From Tubiluchus corallicola (taxonomy: Eukaryota; Animalia; Priapulida), in assembly GCA_030141605.1 (NCBI GenBank), contig JAQGDQ010001907.1, positions 1-21,473 of the forward strand: DNA of 21,473 nt, read 5' to 3'. Shown here piece after piece: positions 12,683 to 21,473 of this stretch; position 1 is the first letter of the stretch; every line of letters begins with the position of its first letter. The notes below the pieces were generated by a model. It was given only the letters and a program-made list of their open reading frames with translations. It was not told where the DNA came from and made no database searches. Made by a program: the position numbers and the translations under genes.

Positions 12683-12725
12683 AATCTAATCTAATCTAAT
12701 GTAATGTAATCTAATCTAATCTAAT
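12683..12725. repeat. (CTAAT/GTAAT)n pentanucleotide repeat
   Basis: Seen directly: aatctaatctaatctaatgtaatgtaatctaatctaatctaat. Confidence 0.9.
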
Positions 12726-13124
12726 GTAGTTTAATACTGAGTTTAGCCAATGGTAACACCAACGCATAAACAGTGCATGTAATGACAGAATATGCGCCTA
12801 GAGACACCTGGTGATTAGAAAGGTGAAGTTTTGAAAAACTATGCTTCTTTAATTCTTTATTACTTTGTGGCCAGAAAAGGCAATGATTCGAGAGACGTCC
12901 GGCATAGTGTGTGAGGCGAAAAGGAAAAAAATAAGAACGAATGAGAAGAAAATAGATTGCATACTTTACAAAAAGTATTTCTGCGTTGAACTGTGGTTTC
13001 CATCGGATTAACAGTTTACATAATAATAACAATAATTCTGTTTAGGACATAGCCCAGGGATAACACCTTAAGTAACTGATTAGTTATTCCCAAGGTGATC
13101 CTGATTATTATTACCCGTATGTTA

Positions 13125-13260
13125 CTCCGATAAAGCCACGTGCTTGGGTCGTAGAACCAGCGGTACAATTTTTTTTTGTTTTTGGTATGACTCGGCCGGG
13201 AGTTGAACCCGCGACCTCCGAGGTGGGAAGCGAGCTGGCTACATTTGAGCTACATAACCC
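13125..13260 (-). mobile_element. tRNA-derived SINE with a Meta/MESC-like central domain
   Basis: On the minus strand there is an A-box TAGCTCAAATG (13242-13252) and a B-box GGTTCAACTCC (13199-13209). These are followed by GAGTCATACCAAAAAC...AAAATTGTACCGCTGGTTCT, which resembles my recollection of the Meta domain (GTCATACCAAAGAC..AAAATGGTAC). Confidence 0.75.
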
Positions 13261-13481
13261 GCTAATTAAGCTGTTTTTAACATTATTCGCATTATAATAT
13301 TGCAATTATTGTTTACTAGTGATTTATCAGTTTTTTGTAAAGTATTTCCAGACAATTTAAACATTCGAACTTTGGCAGTCGAATACAAGAGACAAAACAA
13401 AGAAATCAAACATATAAACATTCCAACGTGATATAAAACTACAGGAATTATGGGCGCATGTTTTTTTAACACTGCAGCCTA

Positions 13482-13775
<294 letters not shown>

Positions 13776-14001
13776 TTACCAATTTTTAAATAAAAATGTT
13801 CGTATTTTTACATAAACGCAATTTAGAAAATCATTTTCGAAGAGCGAATGCAGTTTAATTATGCAAAACCTTTGATTGTTTAATTTTAAAAACTTTCCAA
13901 AATTTTGAAAACTAATTAATGTTTATAAAAAAACAAGTCATAAAAGAAATATTGCGCTAAATGAAACACTTATGAATATATAATCAACACATAAAATAAT
14001 A

Positions 14002-14499
14002 TTGATTTTTGTTCTCTGTAATAAACACAGGAGGCTATAATCAATGAAGTGAAATAGAATATTATTGTTAAAAGAGGCTGAGGAAATGGGATTACATTTC
14101 AACGCGTGCGTAGGTTTTCAGAGAGTCACAGACTTTAGCTAATTAATTAAGACAGAATTAGGCTTACAGATTTGCTCATAATGATAATTAAAGCAAAACC
14201 GGATCCTATCTAAAACTGCAGGTCAAAACAATCAACTCTTGTGAACTTTTTTAATCTTGTTACTATGTTGCTGTTTTCTGTAAACTAGAAAATTTAGGCC
14301 TATGAAATGTCTTATTTAATTTACCTAATTAAAGCAAAACCGGACCCAATCTTAAACTGAAGGTCAAAACAATCTACTCTTTAAAATATTGAAATGAAAC
14401 ATACTATTTTGTCAAGAATGACTTAGGTGAAAGAATTATTACCACACAAAGACAATTTCACGTTCGCGCCACTAGTTCTTCGCTGTTACGTGCATTTCG
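14002..14499 (+). repeat. Left arm of long inverted repeat (includes a duplicated TTAA element end)
   Basis: Reverse complement of 16727-17084, with a 56-bp segment present twice (14185-14240 and 14326-14381). Confidence 0.9.
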
Positions 14500-15612
14500 C
14501 AAAGAGAGAAGATATTCTCATATTTACAGTTTTTAATATTAAATATAATACGAACAAATTACAACGCATGAATTACAGGTGTGGCAGTACCAGTGAGTTG
14601 GAATAATGAACAAGAAAACAATTCGAGTGTATTATTAGAGATTATATTAATGAATTAAGTCTTGTTTAAAGAGATACATCAACAAACTTTTACTCTCATT
14701 CTGTAGTAACTTTTCGCAGTAAATTAATTTCACTTAATCTCTGGGGGTCCCTCAAGTCCCTCAGCTGCAACCCATAAAGCCCACGACTTAGTATTTCTCT
14801 GTATACATACACAATTGAGGCATAGTTATTCCTGTTAAAATTATTTATATTTTGAATTGTGTGTACACAAAATTGGTTGTATATTTAAGATTGACATTTC
14901 TAAATACAGCTATACTACCAACTCAAGTGTTTTGTACATTATAGATGTAGGACAACGTTTTTAACTAAAACAAATAATTTCCAGCGTAGATAAAATTAAC
15001 TCGTACATTAAGTTTTACTGAAAAACCTTTTTATATTCAATTTTGTCGCGAAATAATGAAAACATTGAGAAGTCTGCCATTGGCTAAGTAATTCAGGCCT
15101 ATCAAAAGCGACTAATTGAATCTCTTAATTATCAATTATTCATGTCTGGTGTATTGGTTTCACTCTGTTCCGCCGACAGGCAAACATGCACAAATAAGGC
15201 TGTTCATTAAGTATCACTTGTTTTACTAATAATCGTCTTGTCTAGTTAATGCTCAACTGAATACATGTGGTTATAGAGAAGGGATCTCGTGGGACCACCC
15301 CTAGGGACCAAAGTTACCGCTCCTAGCACACCCCACTTGATTTGTTAATCGGCCCACAATGAGGGCTCCTCTCTGGACTGGTTTCGAGTTGTGGATGACG
15401 ATTCTCGCCTCCTCTTTTCTCGTCTGGGGGTGCGAAGCGGTGCCCGGGTAATTCTCACTTCTACAAATGATGTTTATGTAACGCGGGTTGTAAAGATGTA
15501 AGTTGATTCAGACTTCGCGTAAAGATCTCAGCTGATTCAAGCTCGGCAATTTCTTGATTGGTACGTGTTAATGTTTGTCTTAATCCTGGTCACTATGTGA
15601 TTTTGTCATTAA

Positions 15613-16211
15613 CCCTTATAGGGTCACGATTTTTTACAACCGATTTTGGTAACCGGGGGGGGGGGGGTAAAAATTACCCCCACCATAATTCGTAAATTAC
15701 TTTTGCTAAACCGCCGTGTTTCATTAGTAAACAGCAACAGCATAATTTGTGGTTATGCTCTGACCACCATAGGATAGATTATACCTCTGCTTAAAGACAT
15801 GTGACTTACTAGTAATACGAAATTTAAATTCACTTAGTTACGTTCCCTTATCTATGCCGGAATAACTGCAGACAACCGACATTGCTATTTTGAATTTATT
15901 GTCTACTGCTTTCTTCTTTTAGGTGGAGTAATTTGAGTAACTGACATTTTGTTTTATCAGATATATCGCCCGTATAATGTATAGACAAGCGAAGTAAAGT
16001 TTCGACAATTTTAAAAAATCGACATATTGCATTTTCACTTTTATTTCGTGCTGAGGCAATGCGCCTAAAATAAATAACTGAAAGTATTTTGTGCACAAAA
16101 CATATTTAGAAAAAGTCATAGAAAAGGTTTACTGGGATGCGTATGGTAAAAAGGTAAATGCAAAAAACCGGTCAGGGGGTAATTTTTTACCCCCCGGTGA
16201 CCCTATAAGGG
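15613..16211. mobile_element. piggyBac-type non-autonomous element (MITE), 599 bp
   Basis: TTAA TSDs at 15609-15612 and 16212-16215. Perfect 15-bp TIRs CCCTTATAGGGTCAC / GTGACCCTATAAGGG. Asymmetrically placed subterminal GGGGGTAA..TTACCCCC repeats. No transposase. Confidence 0.92.
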
Positions 16212-16254
16212 TTAAACACTGAAGAATATATTAGAATTATTATTTATAGTTAAA

Positions 16255-16510
16255 AAACTCAACTTTATTAAAACTTTTACTTTACAAGCCAAACGTATCA
16301 ACAGACTACCGCTGTCATCATCAGTGGTAAATTTACAAACATACAATCAGTTTATACAGGCAGAGCCTGTTATGCACTAATTAAGTAGTTAACAGAAGCG
16401 AAATAGGTAATGAATAAGCAGACCAGTAAAGAAAGTGATACTGTAAATTATGCACTAATTACGTATTTACAGAAGCGAAATAGGTAATGAATAAACAGAA
16501 CAAATAGTAA
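16255..16510 (-). mobile_element. Solo Penelope-like terminal repeat (pLTR) fragment
   Basis: Homologous to about 19695-19910, which directly follows the PLE ORF stop (tatgcactaatt dimer, aggcagag, acaaatag). It ends in a hammerhead motif and AATAAA (16264-16269). Confidence 0.75.
16282..16331 (-). ncRNA. Minimal type I hammerhead ribozyme motif, degenerate (GAAA to GAUA)
   Basis: Minus strand reads CCA-CUGAUGA-U-GACAG-cgguagu-CUGUU-GAUA-CG-U-U/UGG. Stem I is CCA/UGG, stem II is GACAG/CUGUU, and stem III is the palindrome ACGU. Confidence 0.75.
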
Positions 16511-16726
16511 GATTCATAATTTTATAATGCGAAATTCTTCTCAAATAATTTTAATTGCTGGCACGCAATGAGTTTCCTAATTAATGAAGACAGGATGATT
16601 TTTCATGTACTACCCCATTTTCAAGTTTGATAAAAAGTATACATTTTAACACAATTAATACTGTATCATTAAGTATTAGATTAAAGAATAAATGCAGGCG
16701 CTAGTGCCCGTCTAACTACCAAATGA

Positions 16727-17084
16727 CGAAATGCATGTAACAGCGAAGAACTAGTGCCGCGAACGTGAAGTTGTGTTTTTGTGGTAATAATTCTTTAACG
16801 TAAGTCATTTGTGAAAAAAATAGCATGTTAGCTTTCAATATTTTATAGAGTAGATTGCTTTGACCTGCAGTTTTAGATTGGGTCCGGTTTTGCTTTAATT
16901 ACCGTTATGAGCAAATCTGTAAGCCTAATTCTGTCTTAATTAATTAGCTAAAGTCTGTGACTCTCTGAAAACCTACGCACGCGTTGAAATGCAGTCCCAT
17001 TTCCTCAGCTTCTTTTAACAATAATATTCTATTTCACTTTAGTGATTACAGCCTCCTGTATTTATTACAGAGAACAAAAATCAA
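16727..17084 (-). repeat. Right arm of long inverted repeat
   Basis: 358 bp. 16905-16991 is the exact reverse complement of 14095-14181. Confidence 0.9.
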
Positions 17085-18179
17085 AACTACAAAACCTGTT
17101 ATTATATTAAACATATTTACCGTAATCAATTTCGCCGTATTTTGTAAAGGGTCCTTGAGTTCTAATATCTGACCCTGCAAAAACATAAAAATACGATGCA
17201 ATAAGACCAAAGAAATGTGAATATTTTGTGAAAATTCTTGCTGAAAAACAAGAAGGAAAGAAACAAACAAATTAAAAAACAAACAACACGTAACAGACAA
17301 AAAACAAAATTAACAAACTAATTACAGAAATAGTGAAGTGATATACAGAGTATATATAATATATCTCTCTACTGTAAATAATATAAACAGTAGAGACATA
17401 TAATTGGATAGTCGGTTATAAAGTTTATTGGCTATAATCCTACATAATTCGAGACAAACACACTATAATATTGGGTGACCAGAAGAAATTATAGTAAAAA
17501 AATACATTAGCAAAATGATACATCGAGAACAACAAATATAAAATAAATACAATGTGCCATATCGTTTAGTACACCAATTCTATATCTTTGCATTTCAGGC
17601 ACAATAAACACAATACTAGACATGATAAGTCTGTGAATAATCTCTAATCATGTATTGGTAGAAACTTTATGAATCATTAATTTTTGCTTGACGAAAGACA
17701 GTGACCTAGACTGAAAATGACGTTGCTCAATCCGTAAATAACTTCAAAACATCAAATCAAATTTTAAACGTGTGTTCGTTTTCAAATAGATCAACAACAT
17801 TAGAACAATTTATGTTCGTGAACTTATTCTTAAGATTTTCGGTTTTGGGGCATGTGGTTAAAACGTGTTAGATACCATAACGTGTTGTAAATGAAATATG
17901 TGGTACACATTAGTATGTAAAATATGTTACATATGTACGTGCGTTATACCTAAAATATGTGGTACATATGAGCAAAATAGTATGCAGTATTTTCTACGTG
18001 AACGTATGGCCTACGCACAGGCCTCTGTAAATTTTCAAGTTGGAATACAAGGCCTAAAAAGAGGCCTTGACAAATCTTTAGTTGTGTAACTAAAGCCTGG
18101 CTAATTAATTTAAACAGTAAATTTGTTGAGTGATGGAATTTTTCTGATAGCTCTGCGTGCCAAAACGAGACGCGTAACT

Positions 18180-18231
18180 CTTTGATGCGCCGCCGTTTGT
18201 AAAGGTGCGCTGTCAGGTTGATTGACACCTG
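18180..18231. promoter_or_regulatory. Candidate enhancer: TCF HMG + Helper site, Meis, Pbx-Meis and E-box
   Basis: CTTTGATG (18180-18187), 1 nt spacer, GCCGCCG (18189-18195); CTGTCA (18210-18215); TGATTGACA (18219-18227); CACCTG (18226-18231). Motif match only. Confidence 0.4.
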
Positions 18232-18684
18232 CGTATAACTCACCTAGATGTCTCACTCTGCTGATAATTATTAAATTTCTGCAAATCAATTAAATAAAAT
18301 GACTGGAAATAAAAAACCCGACGCGTAATTAATCTGTTGTTTGACGACGAACCTTGACGTGTGAACAGACGAAAGTGTGAACGATGAAAGTAATAAACTC
18401 GTTTGTCGCCCGCGTTCACATGAAGTAAAAAATTTGGTTTTCACTCTATCTGATATTTTATGTCAATTTTGTGTGACTTGCAATTTTCGTGTCTAAACTG
18501 TGGAAATGCTTATTACTGAAAACGCAAAATAGTAACCCTGGATATACTTAATATCATCATTCAATATTAAAGATTGTCAGATAGATGATTGTTATAATGT
18601 TAATGTGTAGACTATTATTAACGATGTTACAAAAAATAATTAATTGAATTTTGATATCAAACTTGAAAGACAAGAAATGTGAAA

Positions 18685-18755
18685 AGTTGGGATACAGCCT
18701 GGGCTTGAACCAGGAGCTTTCTGCTTACACTTGTGAGTTGTAACTCAAGTCTAAA
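18685..18755 (-). mobile_element. tRNA-derived SINE head remnant
   Basis: T-arm/B-box CCTGG-TTCAAGC-CCAGG at 18698-18714. The rest of the cloverleaf is not intact. Confidence 0.45.
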
Positions 18756-18995
18756 ATTAATTGCATTGTTCGCGAAAAAAATTATAAGACAGTTTTGAGT
18801 CTTTTGACTGACAAGACATGATTAAAACCGTTTCTTAAATTCTAAGCAAAAATCGTAGTTTTGTATAAGTTGAATTGAAAAGAGGAATTTTAATCTTTTA
18901 TCAAAATATCGATTGAAAAGAAATATTAGAATGTGTAGTATCTTTTAAAATTAATTGCTTTGTCTTCTTGTATGAAAATAATATCCGTGCTTGCA

Positions 18996-19225
<230 letters not shown>

Positions 19226-19694
19226 CAATGTTTGATATTTATTACTACTAGTCAACTAATTTCTTTTAATTGAACCACTTATCTAACTTAATTGTACACG
19301 TGTGTTCGAAACTAAATTATGTTAATAATAAACTTGCTTCTTGGTTAACGCCACTAAGAACTGAAAAAATCATCTGCCTAGACTAAGCTGAGCAAAACAA
19401 ATACAAGTGGTGACATCTGCGTATGCCTCCTTATAATGCACCATAAGCAGGCACTTTAATTATCAACTTTTAATACGAACACGGTCTCCAGGGCTACTAC
19501 GGTTCTTATTCCAACAAATAGCTGCTGTCCCTTGAGAGAACTTTCCATTTCTGTTTAGCTCAACCCTTTGCGCTATAAGGCACGATAAAATTAATGAGTT
19601 TGCAATTAACAATTAATGAGCTTTTATTGAGAGCAGCACTGCGTGCAAACTTCATCAGAAAGCGCGTACGCCAGTTGTGATTATAACACTTTGC

Positions 19695-19908
19695 AATACA
19701 CAATTAGTCTATATAGGCAGAGTCTACAATATAGAACATTATGCATTATGCACTAATTGTATTTTTAACAGAACCCGTAAATGAACACGCAGACCTGTAG
19801 AAAAGAAATTGATACAGTAAATTATGCACTAATTATGTATTTAATAGAAGCCAAATAAATAATGATTAAACAGACCTGTAGAAGAGAAATTGATAAAGTA
19901 ACAAATAG
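19695..19908 (-). mobile_element. 3' non-coding/pLTR part of the Penelope-like relic, with a ~76-bp tandem dimer
   Basis: Directly follows the ORF stop. attatgcactaatt...cagacctgtagaa(a/g)agaaattgata occurs twice. Homologous to 16335-16510. Confidence 0.7.
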
Positions 19909-20350
19909 CTAAGTGTTTGAGAATAAAGTTAAAGGAAGTGAACTGCTTTGTACATTAAGAGAAGGCTTATTATGGTACATAGATAAACTTTCTTTTATTA
20001 ATAAGTTTTTTGAGCTGTAATAAAAAATATTTTCTCGGTTTCACATTTGCCCTACAACTTTCTCCAAATAATTGTTCTGGATTTCCCGAATGGTTCTCTA
20101 TCCCTGATCGAATTATCTAATCAATTAGGAAAATCGAACAGCAATTATTGACGATGGAGACGACTGGATAATAAGTTCTGGATGGCATTTGTAGTTCTGG
20201 TCACAATGCTGAAATTATTAAAATCAGCTTTGTGGCCAGAGAAATAAATATGGTCATTAATGCTGGATTAAGTAGAAATTTTTAATTGTTGGCAGTTCTA
20301 GACGAAATACCCAAATGTTCACAAATGCTTACTTTAATGTGTCTGGATGT
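19909..20350 (-). pseudogene. Penelope-like retroelement GIY-YIG endonuclease C-terminal relic
   Basis: Minus-strand translation gives TSRHIKVSICEHLGISSRTA (frameshift/stop) SSINDHIYFSGHKADFNNFSIVTRTTNAIQNLL [insertion] IKESLSMYHNKPSLNVQSSSLPLTLFSNT*. This matches the PLE pattern T.R.L..RI.EH...S.I..H....GH...F.NF.I....LLIKESL.I....P.LN....S.PL.LF. The YIG motif itself is lost. Confidence 0.85.
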
Positions 20351-20507
20351 TTAATACTACAAGAGCGTTTCTGATAATTAAATAATAGATTAAAATCTTA
20401 ATTAACAGCAGGCGAGTCCAACTATTGATGATATCACAAACTAACATAATTTCAACAGCAAAAATATTCCACGAGCGCGTTGCACGTGTTTGCGAGAGCG
20501 AAAAACG

Positions 20508-20617
20508 AATAATTCTTTCACGTAAGTCATTTTTGAAAAAATAGTATGTTTCCTTTCAATATTTTAGAGTAGAAAGTTTTGACGTACAGTTTAAGATTGG
20601 GTCCGGTTTTGCTTTGA
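20508..20617 (-). mobile_element. Further copy of the TTAA-anchored (Kolobok-like) element end
   Basis: aataattctttcacgtaagtcattt...ttaagattgggtccggttttgcttt matches about 16786-16896 in the same orientation. Homology stops at the TTAA position (here TTGA). Confidence 0.7.
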
Positions 20618-21473
20618 AAGCTCCAGTTATCGTGGGGGAGTACGTGTAGTAGTTAAAACAGCCAAACAAATCAGAAGCCATTATCAAGATGAGATCTAAC
20701 CTGAATCACTATCGTTAAAACACTCTTACTTTCAATTTGAAGAAGCTTATTGGGTTAGTCTGACTATGCTTTAGTTAATAATGCAGGTGATGTGTGAAGC
20801 CTGTCATCCTTATACGGGTCAGAGGAAAACCGAATGGTTGATTAGACTCAATTTCATTTTAATTTACTGTCCAAAATATCCATTAAATGAAAAGTCAACC
20901 CTTCTAGGAGGTTAGGTTTATTTCAATATTCGCGAAAAGTGTTAGAAGTATTTAGTAATAAAACTGCAGTAAGCACCTCGTGTAATTCGTAAAATTACTT
21001 TAACGTCGCGATCACTTCATGCTTGGGCGCGCTCCCATTTTGAATGTCCATTCTTCTTCCAATGACGTCATTCGTCTCGAAGAAAAGTAGTGCACTATTA
21101 ATCTTCATCAAAATATAAGTTTTTTTTAGAAAAATAGGTACCTAATTTTAAAATATTCTGCAAAAGTTTGAATTAGTGTGAGTAGCGCGCTTACGGAAAG
21201 CCACGATGCACTTACGAAAACTCACGAAGTCTCCCAGTTACGTCATGATTTTCAAGTGAATGGTGGAAATTTCTATTCAGAGGTAGTAAATTTTAAATTA
21301 ATGCTTTATAGGCTGTTCTTTGCAAATGTCTTTGTTATATTTTATAAGTTTAAGCGATAACAGTAAAATTAACCCAACATACTGAGTGACTTGTTCTTTC
21401 CTTTAAAACACACTCTACTTCCAACAACCCTTTTCTTTAATGAAGTTCAATAAACATATGAACGGAATATATA

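Noticed and set aside
13190-13260. Functional tRNA gene (also 18685-18755)
   Set aside because: The cloverleaf is incomplete and runs into SINE body sequence with no Pol III terminator, so I treat these as SINE heads.
17360-17400. 10-bp hairpin tctctactgt/acagtagaga and Helitron-like 5' end
   Set aside because: No matching 3' hairpin-CTAG found. Too short to support a call.
17950-18243. ORF starting 'MSY', superficially like the Otx N-terminus (MMSYLK)
   Set aside because: The start is GTG within a GTGAGT donor-like motif, not ATG, and the rest is not Otx-like.
19640-19665. Second CUGAUGA hammerhead core (also near 8130 and 6784)
   Set aside because: No stem II followed by GAAA and no closing stem I.
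20995-21072. Short minus-strand ATG frames (MDIQNGSAPKHE...) as a possible Otx exon 1
   Set aside because: No Otx similarity and no convincing phase-1 donor.

Overview
This is AT-rich, repeat-dense invertebrate (metazoan) genomic DNA, not prokaryotic. The only host gene I can support is an orthodenticle/Otx K50 homeobox gene on the minus strand. It has a homeodomain exon (13530-13690), a 4539-nt intron at the conserved Q|VWF position, and a terminal exon (8436-8990) encoding WSPA and a single WKFQVL Otx tail, followed by a probable ~1.7 kb 3'UTR. I could not find the N-terminal coding exon; it probably lies beyond 21473. The rest is mobile and repetitive DNA: a ~690-bp foldback palindrome, an RTE-X-like RT relic, a TTAA piggyBac-type MITE, TTAA-anchored (Kolobok-like) element ends, tRNA-derived SINEs, four minisatellites and large microsatellites. 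The most interesting items are: (i) a Penelope-like element relic and a related solo terminal repeat carrying a minimal hammerhead ribozyme, sense to the Otx pre-mRNA, with a single catalytic-core lesion; (ii) a ~360-bp inverted repeat pair 2.2 kb apart with an 87-bp perfect core; (iii) a candidate TCF HMG+Helper Wnt element next to Pbx/Meis sites; and (iv) tandem in-frame splice acceptors just before the homeodomain. I see no clearly new biological system. Family assignments come from motif recognition only, and no database searches were run.
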